The position numbers and the translations under genes were made by a program. The notes under the pieces are model-generated. The model ran no database searches. It saw nothing but the letters and a program-made list of their open reading frames with translations, and had not been told where the DNA came from. A stretch of 63,473 bases of DNA, counting the filler, from Lenisia limosa (lineage: Eukaryota; Protista; Breviatea): the NCBI GenBank assembly GCA_001655205.1. It is 17 parts of 17 records of this genome, joined end to end, with 100 filler letters (N's around TTAATTAATTAA, not from the genome) between each part and the next. Parts side by side here need not be neighbours in the genome. Positions count along the whole stretch, not along the records: positions 31,119 to 39,356 come from LPNZ01001322.1; positions 39,457 to 40,862 come from LPNZ01000346.1; positions 40,963 to 42,691 come from LPNZ01009346.1; positions 42,792 to 45,350 come from LPNZ01006124.1; positions 45,451 to 51,321 come from LPNZ01009611.1; positions 51,422 to 55,557 come from LPNZ01003090.1; 11 more parts are not named here. One strand, given 5' to 3'. This document shows, one piece after another, positions 38,901 through 51,582 of the stretch; position 1 is the first letter of the stretch, and each line of letters begins with the position of its first letter.

Positions 38901-39265
38901 CTTTAACGGGACACTTTTTGCTGATCAAAGAGTGCTGAGTTCCTTCTCCACAGTCAAAAATGAAGACTCGCTGGGATGACAGAACCACTAAATGTGATAA
39001 CTTTTCACTAAATGGAGACAATTTTCCACTAAATTAGTTTAAGGGGGTCCAGAGTGGTAATCAAGAATGTCATTACACTCTGGACCCCCTAAAATCTCAC
39101 TTACTATCGGGAGGGACTTCCAGTCTTCCTTCTCAAAAGAGAAAATAATAAGATCCACAGACCCCAAAACTACATCAAGAGACCCCAAAACAAACCTGCG
39201 GTAGATGCAACGTTTCGGAAGCGAGTGGGGCAGCCGGCACTTGTTCCAAGACAAACAACTTGCAT
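35908..39265 (-). CDS. ELAC1: Ribonuclease Z, short form (ELAC1/Rnz-like), complete, about 12 exons
   Basis: [18 protein letters not shown]; [10 protein letters not shown]; [16 protein letters not shown] (HxHxDH); IYGPEGL; exosite [22 protein letters not shown]; VFGDT; VHEATY; GHST; ILTHFSGRY; stop at 35908. Confidence 0.93.
37631..37727 (+). pseudogene. Inverted pseudo-exon: copy of the RNase Z exon at 38157-38071 plus its donor
   Basis: 97 bp with 3 substitutions relative to the reverse complement of 38061-38157. Flanked by the direct repeat GCCATTTGA at 37624-37632 and 37726-37734. Confidence 0.9.
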
Positions 39266-39456
39266 TGCGCTTTTAGGGGATCTATTTTTTTTACATATGA
39301 TATTATATTTAGCAATGAGAAATAAAAAAATAAAGATGTATCTGGCCGAAGCCGTCNNNNNNNNNNNNNNNNNNNNNNNNNNNNNNNNNNNNNNNNNNNN
39401 TTAATTAATTAANNNNNNNNNNNNNNNNNNNNNNNNNNNNNNNNNNNNNNNNNNNN

Positions 39457-40862
39457 CCTGCCCCCAAGCCTGCACCTAAACCCGCACCAAAGCCCGAGCC
39501 CAAGCCCGCTCCTAAGCCTGTTGCCCGTGCGGAGCCTAAGCCTGCCTCTAGCAACGATGACATCTCTGCTGCTCCCGCGTCTGCCAAGCGCAGTGTTAGG
39601 GGGGTCGTTGTTGTTAGGTCCGGTTTGGACAACGGGTGTAATGATTACAAGTTCTGACAAGCTGGGTAAGACAAAAAAAAAAGTATCGTTTTCTGTGATT
39701 TCTATTCTTGTTATTGTTGTTCTGTTATACTCTTCCATGCCATCTTTGGTCATTTCTCAGATGTTTGAGCCCAAGAAGGAGGAGCCCCCCAAACCCATTG
39801 CCGGACAAGGCCCACGCAGAGGCAAGCTCGCTTCCATGGTTGGAACTTGTTGTGTCAATATTCAGTGACCGGGATAAGTCTTGACCTATTTTCCTTGGGA
39901 AATCACATAGCAATTCGGTCAAGACTTAACTGGCACTGTACATTAACACTTTTACAAAATTGGTCATTGTTATTGCACAACACTCACGTTTACACTGTAG
40001 TGGGAGCAAAAAGCACAGGAGGAGGACAAGAAGCCCGAGCCTAAGCGCGGCGGCGGTGCCAGTGCTGCTGTTTGCGGGCTGGAAACAGTATATTGAATTA
40101 TAGAAAGATCAGGCTGAAGCCGTCCAACATCACTTTATGCAGGACATTGTTTTATAACATTCATGGATCTACGTAAGGCAAATGATTGGGAATGAGTGTT
40201 ATACATTAATTTCTTGTATAAAAGTGATGGTGGACGGCTTCAGCCTGATCTTTCAATACTATAATTCCATATCTCTTATAAGCGTGATGTTGTGGACGGC
40301 TTCGGCCATATATAACCTTGAATGTTATTTCTCATTGGTATTATATATTTGTACATACATACATATATTACTATCATCATCCTTGGAGTACCAATTCGAA
40401 CTTCTTTTTGTATCAATATCCCACAAGTCTTTTCTGGACTAATTGTTCATTATGTCGCACATTCTCACGTAAAAGGCGTTCTTTGCGCGGCGAGACGCGA
40501 GTGGTCAGTCCGCCGGCCAGCCCATGAATCTCGCTATGCTGAGCGGACAGAAGCCAGCTGAGCCCGCGCCGGCCCCCGCTGCCGCCGAGGAGGACAATGA
40601 GGAATGGGGCGACGACGGATGTGGGCCGGGTTGTAGTTCCTTGAGATATTTAAGAAGCAGTTCTTTTATTGATGATTATGATTAGGGCTTCACTTCGGTT
40701 CAAAAAAAAAGACGTAATTCCTGAATAAATCCTCGAAAACTATCGACATTTTGCCAGTATTTTTCGAACCGAAGTGAAGCCCTAATTATAATGGAATCTG
40801 CAGCAGGGATGGTTGCTTTTCTTTGATCTTATGATCTAGATGGCGAAGAGGCCCCTGCTGCC
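39457..40862 (+). CDS. Pro/Lys-rich then acidic low-complexity protein fragment (possible cytoskeletal adaptor)
   Basis: PAPKPAPKPAPKPEPKP..., MFEPKKEEPPKP...GKLASM|WEQKAQEEDKKPEPK, AAAEEDNEEWGDDG, joined in phase across GT-AG introns. Product is inferred only. Confidence 0.6.
40683..40784. mobile_element. MITE family A copy
   Basis: Near-perfect TIRs; flanks ATTATGAT / ATTATAAT (7/8 match). Confidence 0.88.
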
Positions 40863-41084
40863 NNNNNNNNNNNNNNNNNNNNNNNNNNNNNNNNNNNNNN
40901 NNNNNNTTAATTAATTAANNNNNNNNNNNNNNNNNNNNNNNNNNNNNNNNNNNNNNNNNNNNTGGAAGACGTGTGTGAGTGACTGAGAATCCCAAAAAAA
41001 GTGGGCATCTAGTCTGGGGTGAAAAAATAAATCAAATATTGTCCTCAACATTAAGGTTACAACTTGATAAGGTTTTGCCCTCAC

Positions 41085-41960
41085 CTCAATACGACCATTG
41101 TGTATTTTGACGATTGATTCACAAATAGAGAGGCCTAGCCCAGTGCCGCCCTCATGATGGCCTTCCAGCTGGAAGGGGGGGGGGGTAAAATCGGAAAATT
41201 GATGAAACAAAAAAAACAACAAGTCAACTCTGGAATAGGGGAGCAAAATATTGCAGATGATAAAAATTACGAGAGGGATGCGGGGCGATGGGGAAAATAA
41301 AACAATATGAGAATATGTAAATGTGGTATAAAAAAAAGAGGGAATAAAGAGAAGAAGGAATCAAGAGAAGATGGAAAAAAGCGAAGACGGAATAAAGAAG
41401 ACAAACTCACCTGGGAGAACGGAGCAAACAGCTTTTTGATGTCTTCTGGCTTGATACCAGGTCCGCTATCAACTACCTAAACCGGGGGTAACACAAAATC
41501 GAAGGTAGCAATAAAAAAGGTTAACATTTCACACACACACATTAATCAGGATGATGGAGTACTGGTGTAGTAAAAACAAATGTGGAAAATAGTGAGAGGA
41601 GGGGTGATCCACTTGGATGCATAGAGAGCAATGGGAAATAAAACATAAGGTTATCTAGCCGAAGCCGTCCACACCATCACGCCTATAAGAGATATTGGAT
41701 TATAGTGTACTATTAATTCACCCAATCATTTGCATACAACTCTGTGCACACAGCTTTCTGTGTGCCTCCCCAGTATACTTGGATGCAAAGCTCGTAAGTT
41801 CTGCGGTGCTTGGTTGGAGTGGCGGTAGTTGACGATGTTTTCGATTCGAAATCGCCTCCACGAGGCATCAAGGTGATGAAGGGGTCTGGTGAGGCTGGTG
41901 GCGTTTCAACTGCTGAGTTAGATACCCGTGGTGCAAGTAGTCCATGAGAACGTTTCCAAG
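41085..41960 (-). CDS. Histidine kinase, HATPase_c region fragment
   Basis: ELCIQ|VVDSGPGIKPEDIKKLFAPFSQ (G1/F box, 41476-41411)|LEGHHEGGTGLGLSICESIVKIHNGRIE (G2 box, 41168-41085). Confidence 0.9.
41622..41776 (-). mobile_element. ~155-bp dispersed element lacking TIRs (family CD), full-length copy
   Basis: Minus strand reads ATACTGGGGAGGCAC...TGGACGGCTTCGGC...TTTTATTTCCCATTGCTCTCTA, flanked by ACTTGGATGCA at 41611-41621 and 41777-41787. More than 20 partial copies, e.g. near 10011, 12490, 14925, 18636, 20330, 21495, 22545, 24300, 26645, 40170, 44240, 51798, 55414, 62158. Confidence 0.8.
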
Positions 41961-42905
41961 CATAAGGCTAATAATAAGGACTCCATGCAATTAATTGAAA
42001 AATGAATTTCAAAATTTGAAGTGCGATATATTGTAACATAAACTCAATTTCAGACACTTTAATTTCAAATTTTGTCACTTAATTTCTTCAAAAACTGAAT
42101 CCCCCCCCCCCCNNNNNNNNNNNNNNNNNNNNNNNNNNNNNNNNNNNNNNNNNNNNNNNNNNNNNNNNNNNNNNNNNNNNNNNNNNNNNNNNNNNNNNNN
42201 NNNNNNNACGGGAGAAGCGGTGATATTTGGGAGTGGAACCGTTTGGAGGTTGATTGGGCGGTGGGAGGTGAGGATTTGGGGAGACATTATTCTGAACTGG
42301 TTAGGTGCTGCGGAGCAATTAGAAATAATAGACCAGTAAAGTATCGATATTTATCGAAACATTCAGTAATTTTTGGGAACGCAGAGGGCCCTATTATGAT
42401 ATACTATAGCATTATGAAATAAAAAATAAGGTTGTATCNNNNNNNNNNGTTCATCTTCGGAGACACAATTGGAAGATAGTAGGCTTGAAAACAATTGCAA
42501 GAGAGTGGGCTTGAAAACACAACGCTACAAACAAAACAACAGTCAAAAGCCCAGGTCTGCCGTATACTATTAATTCACCAATCATTTGCCCAGATTCAAC
42601 CCCAAGAGCAGTATATATAAATAATTATAATCCCCAGCAGTATGCATACCCCGAGGGAGACATCGCAGGAAGGGGGGGCGTGGAGTGGGGANNNNNNNNN
42701 NNNNNNNNNNNNNNNNNNNNNNNNNNNNNNNNNNNTTAATTAATTAANNNNNNNNNNNNNNNNNNNNNNNNNNNNNNNNNNNNNNNNNNNNGTTTTGTCC
42801 CTGATTCACAGTTTTGTCCCGTGATTCATGTTTTGTCCCATCACATATATGTATAGATATGTGTATTAATTATGTACAAGTGTATGTATTTTAACCCGGC
42901 TATAG

Positions 42906-45260
42906 GCTGCGTACGCCAAGCTTCGTCGATTCTCAGCCATCTCCACCACTCTAATGAGTCACTACTCGCGAAGCCTTGCTCTGGGTATGGGGGGGATCAC
43001 TGCGGTCCTAAAAAAAACTGAATTGTCGATATATTCTCGATAAATATCGATAGTTTTCGGGGAGTTTTCGGATCGAAGGGAAGATCTGGGTATGGGGNNN
43101 NNNNNNNNNNNNNNNNNNNNNNNNNNNNNNNNNNNNNNNNNNNNNNNNNNNNNNNNNNNNNNNNNNNNNNNNNNNNNNNNNNNNNNNNTACCGTCAGCCA
43201 ACAGAGTTGATTTGGACTTTTTTTTTGTTTTGTGTTTTTATCAATCTACACACACACACTCACACATTCAATCACCTCTCACTCGCTGTAGCGTCACGTT
43301 CGGCCGTTATTGGAGCCCACACCGTGTACTTCGGAGAAAACTGTGGGGGTACTATTTCAGAAATTTTAATTTTTGGGTACCACAAAACGTTTACAATTCA
43401 CGTGTTTGCAACAATTTGGCGTTGAACCTACTCAAGTGCTAGATCAAAAAACCAATGTGTAATCCATCCTGATTCCACGCAATCTAGCTCAGTTGATCAG
43501 AAAAATTTGAGATATTTTCCGTATTATTGCCCACCATTATCTTCATTTAACCGTCTTGATATGTGTTGCTAGCCAACAGAGTTTATTTTGGGCTTTCTTT
43601 TTAAATCTTTCAATTTTACCTCCCCCCCTCCCCCAGACCAACTAATGACCAAACCATTGGACAAACTTGAAGCCACCCCCGTCATGTCCGCCCAAACACT
43701 AGCAAACTTGGAGGAACTTCCCTGTGACGCTACGCTGAAGCATCCTAACAATGAGTAGGGAGAGGGGCTATGGGGACCTTTATATAACATGGAGACATGT
43801 TATGTAGGGTGAATCANNNNNNNNNNNNNNNNNNNNNNNNTGATAGCTATATGAAGTACAACAAGGGCTTCACTTCGGTTCCAAAAAACCCGGGACAATA
43901 TCGATTGTTTTTGAGGATTGATCGAGAAATTCTGTCTTTTTTTGAACCGAAGTGAAGCCCCTCCTAGATATTGATATGCATATATGCATATATATATGGA
44001 TGGGTCCGCAATTACGCCTTCAACCATAAAAACCATCATAAATCCTCTTGAACCCACTCTCAAACTGTTTACGTTCCAGATGTAAAAATCCCTTGTAAAA
44101 CTCCTCACATTCTAGGTGGACGTCCTACAAGCTGAGAGCCCCACTCATCAGCAACGGGACCGACTACTACGCCATAGATTTCCCCATTCTGACTGCAAGA
44201 AGGTGGGGCTATCATCTCTACTACTTGGTTGAATTAATATGATAATAAATTCAATATCTCTTAAAAGCGTGATGGTGTGGACGGCATAGATACAACCTTT
44301 TTTTTATTATTATTTCGCATTTCTCTATCATGGTTCTCCCAAAGATGTTCTGTGTGGATAAAGATTTATCGAACAAATTAGTCTTGTTTTCAATCGAAGT
44401 GATACCCTAAATATTCAAATATCTCTTATATGCGTGATGATGTGGACGGCTTCGAGATACAACCTTATTTTTTATTTCTCATTGCTAGAAATTTTATTGT
44501 TACCTCCCTCAGCACATTCCGTGCCGTCATCGCCTGTCTTCCTGTTTTTATTGAGCAATCCGCGTGCTCAGCGTGCGAAGATATCACAATGCTCGACCAT
44601 ATTCTGGTACAGGGGTATTTTAATGTGTGTGTATAATATTCTGGGCGTGGATTTTTAGTGTGTGTCTCATTTACCCCACAATTTTTTTGTTTTACCTATT
44701 TTTGTCACATTTTAGTTCAATTTTCCCCTGCTTTTTACTCACTTTTTAGTATAACCGTGGCAATGAGTTTATGTACTCCTATCCCAATGTAACATGTACG
44801 ATGGTGCTTGTTACCTGGGATATTGCAGAAAGGGCTTCACTTCAGTTCAGATAATATCAGTAATTTTCGAATATTTATCGTGAAATTCAGTCTTTTTTCG
44901 AACCGAAGTGAATACAATTCCTACAGCCCACGGGGATGTTTCTTTCAAATTTTTTTTTTATTTATTTATTTAATCATATATTGCTCTCAAAATAAAGTTC
45001 TGTCGAAGAGTTATTTCTGAAATTGTTTTTATTTTGGGGGGAGGGGTGTCTTATTACAGCTATCTTTAGAGGTGTCTTCCCTTTGTTTACCTTCCTTTTT
45101 GGGGTGCTTACATTCCTTTTTGAGGTACTTTCCTTTTTGGGATGTTTCATGTTTACTTTCCTTTTTTGGTTATTTACGTCAGTCATCCCCCATTCTCCAG
45201 TTCCGATCGGACCAACAATGCCGAATGAACTTCCCTCCACCGTGCCCGCCAAGCTCTCGA
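42906..45260 (+). CDS. Hypothetical multi-exon protein fragment, possibly extracellular
   Basis: In-phase exons ...LPCDATLKHPNN|EWTSYKLRAPLISNGTDYYAIDFPILTAR|STFRAVIACLPVFIEQSACSACEDITMLDHIL|YNRGNEFMYSYPNVTC, with NxT sequons and cysteines. Confidence 0.5.
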
Positions 45261-45533
45261 CGTAAGCAGCTGCCTTATATCGCAAGTCAGATTACCTTAT
45301 AATATACATGGCAAATAGATCTGCCGTATCTCTCCCTCCCCCCCCCCCCCNNNNNNNNNNNNNNNNNNNNNNNNNNNNNNNNNNNNNNNNNNNNTTAATT
45401 AATTAANNNNNNNNNNNNNNNNNNNNNNNNNNNNNNNNNNNNNNNNNNNNCACTGACGCAACGAATAGATTTTTTTTTTTTTTCTCATATTATACCATAT
45501 TAACCCCCCACCCCCACTCTAGTATTCCTGCAG

Positions 45534-46853
45534 AAGTGTTCATTCAGACCTCTGCTGCCGGGAGTCGCACAGTCATCTTCAGCGTGGATGATGAGGATGT
45601 GGGGGAGGTGAAGGAAACCACTCCTTTTTTGCTCTCCTTGGGAATATATAATCACATATTCTTGTTTCCCCAAATACCAACATAGTAGGAGTACAAATGC
45701 GTTACTGTCAATGATGGCAACAACTACGATGACAGTAACATTGAGACCACCCCTGGCGATGACCAAGGTACGGGTCGTTAGACCTGGGAAAGCAATGTAC
45801 CTGATATGACCATTGTTCATCAGTTTGCACTTTAACATGGTACATATTGCTTGATATTGCACTTTACATGAACCCACATTAGTTACATGTACCCTCTCCT
45901 CTGATGCGCGCGTACGTCTTATCGCCAAAACCGATGACGACAAAAAGAAGAAAGGCGGAAATGGAAGTGGGGGGGGGGTGAAAAGGCACCTGCTAGATCA
46001 GGGTTGCTGGGCATCAACTAAAGTTTCCAATAATTTGGTCTTTTGACCAAATTGATGAGCTATGCAGTTTTAGTAATACACACTTTTTTTTATGAATCAA
46101 CCCTACAGGTAACTTGAGCTGGCTCTGGATTGTGCTTGGTGTGGTGATCGTTGGTGGCGGCGGCGCTGGTGCTTTCGTGCTCATGAACGTGGGTCTGGGC
46201 TGCTTGCAGCTTTTTTAGTCTGTTTTTCTCTTTCACCTTCTCCCCTCTGACCTCTTTAGAAAAAGAAGGCCGCGAGACAAGAAACCTCTCCTCTGCTTTC
46301 GGGAAATGAAACGCCTACTGTGGGAGGGGGTATCAAATCTATCCAAAGAGGGAAATAATGCTCAGAATAGCACATCATCTATCATATTACCATCATCTCT
46401 GCTCCTCACAATTGTTTAGGAGGGTGGCGAAACGTTCAAGGACTCCATCGTCCCCCCGGCTAGCGACTCTGAAACCGGTAATATCGGAGGGGCTAAATGA
46501 TTCTGATAATATGGCAACCAAGCAATGTTTCTTGAAAATATTAGGGTCAATATTATCGCGGGCTCACAACCGAANNNNNNNNNNNNNNNNNNNNNNNNNN
46601 NNNNNNNNNNNNNNNNNNNNNNNNNNNNNNNNNNNNNNNNNNNNNNNNNNNNNNNNNNNNNNNNNNNNNNNNNNNNNNNNNNNNNCCATTGATGAGTCAG
46701 CTACTGTTGTTGAGGCCCATGAGCCTACGTTAATCCCGACCGAAAAGGAACCAGTAGGGCCTGAGACCTGCACCTTATTGGATTCGTGTTTTACTTTTCA
46801 CTTAGACTCTCTTAACCCCACAGGAGAGCGGCCCGGCAGACTCGATCGTCTAA
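45534..46853 (+). CDS. Type I single-pass membrane protein, C-terminal part
   Basis: TM exon GNLSWLWIVLGVVIVGGGGAGAFVLMN; cytoplasmic tail RQETSPLL (acidic dileucine-like); ends ESGPADSIV* at 46853. Confidence 0.7.
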
Positions 46854-47591
46854 AATTGGTAACTATGTTATAATGAATGAACTCAAGCGTTTAATTTTAA
46901 ACGGTATTATCTTGCATCTTTGTGATTTTTACACTTCCTTTCAGCAAAACCATAGAAACAATGTATCAAAAACACTAAACCAGACCAAAGAAAATCAAAT
47001 CAACTGAACCTAACGAAGAACATTAACCCAAAAACGACATAATCACTCAAATTGCGGAGCTACACTGGTCAGATTGAAAAGTCCCCTTACTCATCCCGAT
47101 GAACATACTGACCCCCCCCCCCNNNNNNNNNNNNNNNNNNNNNNNNNNNNNNNNNNNNNNNNNNNNNNNNNNNNNNNNNNNNNNNNNNNNNNNNNNNNNN
47201 NNNAGTAGCCTTTTGCTCTCAGATTCGCAACAGCTTCCTACACTATGATAGCGGTCAGATCACATGTTGTAATCTTTCATTCTGTACTGCGCCACCTCAT
47301 ACTCAAAAGACGAGATTTCTAGAACCAATATATCTAGAAAAGAAGGTATCCTTATTCCAGTATTGTTTTTTACCTCGTGTGAAGGGCGTTGAAAACCGTG
47401 AACAAGGGCAGGGATCTGGCAGAGTGATTGAAATGAGGCAATGAAAGGAGTTGGATAAGAAAGCGGAATTGAGGTGGGAAAAAGTTATTTTCGGAGATAA
47501 AGTGATTGATCAATGGGAACAATTCTCCGCTTGTTCCATTATTGTATATTATACCTCATCAAGATGAGAGATTATGAAGTGCGGGGGGTAC

Positions 47592-49170
47592 TTGAAAGGT
47601 CGTGTAATGGCAGGGGCTCCTTTGGCTCTGATCTGAATGCAAATCAAACATTTATGGTTGCCTATAACAAAGAATACTAATTCTAATATATCAATACTTC
47701 ACTGCATAGAATTAAAGAGCACAAACCACACTGGGTCCTCATACCAAAACAGTTGTTGCCCCGCAGCGAGTTCCGCATTCGATATCATCAATCATGTCCC
47801 CCACCTAAAGGCAATTACCCTCATATCATCAAAAAGAAGCGCCAAGGGCTACAAAAAGTTATTGTTATCTATTCCCTCTCATATACCAATATCTACCCTC
47901 TATTCGTACCATGATGACCTCGTGTGGTTCAGCATCCCATTGCCGGCAAATGTGCAGAAGGGGGTCGGGATCTGGCTATGAGAAATTGAACAAAAGATAG
48001 TCTTAACCCAAAGCACCAATATAATACCCAATATCAACCAAAAATATCAAGCCATAGTAAGAGAAAATCTTCACCCCTTAGATTGGTAAAAAAAAAGCAA
48101 TAAAAACTTCCGTTTTCATATGATGACGACAAACCCACGAGGTTTTGGGGGGGCAAAGTCCCGCGTGACAACCGTGTCGAAATCGTGTTCAATCAGCCCG
48201 AGGAAATGCTCCACTGCATCCTGTGAGGGTGTGAAAGGGAATTAACACATAATTATGAACACTGAGTAACAAAAGGTCTGACACGAATGTATGTACTGTA
48301 TGTCAAAAAAAAAACGTTTTTATTACTGAAACAGGGTGGAGAGGGTGTCCTGAAACTTCAATGGCACGGATCATAGCAAAACTTGCATAGTCTTACCATT
48401 GAATTTCGTGTAAGAATTCCGGTCCACAAATTGTGCCCTAAACGATGAAAAGAATATAGATAATTTTTCAATATCAAAAACAAAAATATGATAGCCTGTT
48501 AAACAAAGCAGCTTTTAAGCCAATTAATTCAAAAAAAAGTCCCATGTCCAACCAGAAATTGAAGCTACCGCCTCAGCTACCCCGGGCATCAGCTTGGTGT
48601 GTTCTAAAGCCTCTCTTTCCACCTCTTCGATCGCCTGCATGGCCGCGGCTGGGAGAGGGTGAGAAATTTATATTTAAAACAAACTCACAAATCAATGTAA
48701 AACATTACAGATTGTTTCTTTACGCGGTGAAAACATGAAAATAACAAAACACCCAAATATGAAGGAGGAAAATATACCCTCGCGGATGAACCTGCGGAGT
48801 AGCACCGAACAAATATTATAACCCAGCCACCTCGTTTGTCCTCCGGCCACTCCGCAATAGTTTTGAGAATGTCCCCTTCAGGTACCCCGGCTCTGCGCCG
48901 CATTTCCGCTTTATTGGTTACATTGAATACAATCTTGAGAAAGCGGATACCCGTCACGCAAAAAAGCGCGTGTGTTACTCATAATATGCGAATTCTGAAA
49001 TTCCTAAATCCAAAGTAAACAGTAAAGAATCTATCAAATCGTTTTAACCGCCTCAAACCAAAATCAATACAGGCTTCCGTGAGGGTTCCGTCCATATCAA
49101 AGCAGACACCCTTGAGCTCCACCCTCTGGTGCTGACTTTCGTGCTGATGGTCCGTGTGGTGTCCGGACGA
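47592..49170 (-). CDS. HAD-superfamily hydrolase (subfamily IA)
   Basis: GVCFDMDGTLT (motif I), LMPGV, GILTRNS (II), KPHPDPLLHIC (III), MVGDMIDDIECG (IV), all assembled in phase. Ends are uncertain. Confidence 0.88.
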
Positions 49171-49329
49171 CTGAAATGGTCAATTAGGGGGTGAAGAAGG
49201 TACTATACTAAAACTACTAACAAAATAAATCAAAATCATAAATGAAATAGAGTGCTGCAAAGGGAGGGGGGGGGGNNNNNNNNNNNNNNNNNNNNNNNNN
49301 NNNNNNNNNNNNNNNNNNNNNNNAGCTGG

Positions 49330-50810
49330 AAAGGCTGGAATGCTCTTTGACAGATAGGGTGCCATGTTACCAAAAGACATTCTGAAGACTGGTAATGAAG
49401 GAACAATTGGATGAAATATTACTGGCATTTTTCAGAAACAAATAAAAGAGAAAAAGAAAAAAACAATGGCAATTATAAACCGCACACACAAAAAGAAAAC
49501 TCCACTTTTTTTTTAAAAAAAACGGGAGCGAAAAAGCTAAAAAGGTCACAAATTTCTTATCCAAAGACAGAGCAGAGCTGTTTCGGAAGGCCAATTTGGG
49601 GCTTCGATAACTACATCTATTCTATTAATAATACTCCTTCGAATTCCTACCAACATTTATAGGAGAGGGCGACGCTCCAAATCTTCAAGTCAAGCGAGTA
49701 AGAGAGAACTGGAACGACAAATGCCAACGCCCTAAAAAAAACACAAGTTGCGTGAACGCAATCTTACTAAAGCCAACCGATGAATTAGTTATATTATATT
49801 GGTGGAGAAATTGAACAATTCACGAACAATTCATCAAGATTGAAGGAAATAAGGCCGGAAAATCAACGGTTGAGGATTATGAATTTCCAAATTAGGAAAG
49901 TTACTACATCTCCAACACCCCCTATACGGCACCTTTTGTACCAAACGAGAAGCGCACACTTAGCTATAATACTATAATAAAGATATAATAATACAATCAC
50001 AAAATAACAAGTATAGTACAGTGAGTAAGGAAAGGCCTTGGAACTCCATTGTTTTGAAGATTACTCTCGACAATCCTCTGATGTCACATTATGACGAAAC
50101 GCGAGTTATGGTTAAAGTGGAAGAAACTTCGGCTGGCAAAAGTGAAAAAGCATAATCACACAAACGTTGTTTTGAAGTTGTTGATACTAGTTGCTTTTTT
50201 TTATTTTGCCCATGATTTGCTTTATTGCTTCAGACTTCAACCGACTTATCAAAGGGTGTATTTGTATTGTATTTAAAAGTTGTGAAGATAAGCCATAAAT
50301 ATGTACAATATTTTTAGTTTTTGGTCTTTATCGACTACATATGATTTTCTATTTCGCACTTGCTGACTCCTCTGTTCTTGGGAAAGATTGTTGAGTAATC
50401 TGCATAATCATCTCAGTACAATGACAGCAATTTTCTTCAATAAAAATAAATATCAGAATTCAAAAAAACAATTATCAATGTTTTGAATTAACATACAAAT
50501 CAGCACAGATGGTATATACGTCCGGGTGAATATTGTCGGATATGTTGTCCACTGCGTTCATGAACGCAGCTCGACCGTGTTCCTTCATCAAGCTAATGTG
50601 GTTAAAAGCCATGAAATAATAGGGAAAAAATAATAAAAAAAAATAATAATAATAAAAAAAAAAAGGCTAAGATTCGATCAAAACAGTAGAATGCAACGTA
50701 TCACTACCGTCCCATTCCACAACCCCCCTCTCCGCCNNNNNNNNNNNNNNNNNNNNNNNNNNNNNNCTCACTGAACCTTCCAATCGCAAAGTTCTTCAAG
50801 TTCGGCATTG
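49330..50810 (-). CDS. Additional exons upstream of the HAD domain (N-terminal extension or separate gene)
   Basis: Candidate exons LMKEHGRAAFMNAVDNISDNIHPD, RIVESNLQNNGVPRPFLTH, DVVIEAPNWPSETALLCLW on the same strand. Confidence 0.3.
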
Positions 50811-51582
50811 AAAGGAAACTCATATATTTCTCGACTACATGCGTGTTATAAGAATGAATAAAAGAGTATGTGTGTTGAAAAAAAAGTGTGAAAGCGTGAT
50901 TTTAGGCCTAAGACCATGACTCCATGAAGATAGTATATCATATCGATATATGTACATATATAATATTATATTTACAAAATTTGGCTCCAACAAACAAAAT
51001 CTTTGTCTTTCCATAGAATTTTTTTAAATAATATGTCTTCAAACTTAATTCTTCGTATATTCGACATAATTGTCCATAACCAATGGGAAATAATCAGGAT
51101 TATCACGAATTTCTGATAGTTAAAGTTTAAATTGGTGAGCTCCCATTAATATCAGAATTAAAATCTGAAATATATGATATTATGTATGATATGTATAATG
51201 TATAATATGATAATATGTATATTATGTTATGTCATATAGTATAACGTATTAGACGCTGTAATCTTACCCTCTGACCCCATGCCCAATGGGTATACGTCCA
51301 TCATACCCCCCCCCCCCCCCCNNNNNNNNNNNNNNNNNNNNNNNNNNNNNNNNNNNNNNNNNNNNTTAATTAATTAANNNNNNNNNNNNNNNNNNNNNNN
51401 NNNNNNNNNNNNNNNNNNNNNACTTTATGTTCGATGAAACTATTCATGACTATTTCACCAACTTCCCTCTTATTTACTAGACGATTGTTGGACACAAATA
51501 AGATCTTCTTCTTCACTAACCGTTCATTTATTAACATTTCTCCTAATTCATCAATCTGTCCTATTTTCCTCTTATTTACTAG

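Noticed and set aside
41622-41776. CD element as a Helitron
   Set aside because: There is no consistent 5'-TC/3'-CTRR, and the one complete copy has a flanking duplication, which Helitrons do not make.
11131-41960. A functional cluster (methyltransferase, makorin, RNase Z, kinase), e.g. a quality-control or defence island
   Set aside because: The genes lie on different segments separated by spacers and are truncated at them, so adjacency is not evidence of linkage.
45500-45943. 147-aa minus-strand ORF (and similar antisense ORFs such as 39409-39753 and 11465-11722)
   Set aside because: These are shadows of better-supported spliced genes on the opposite strand.
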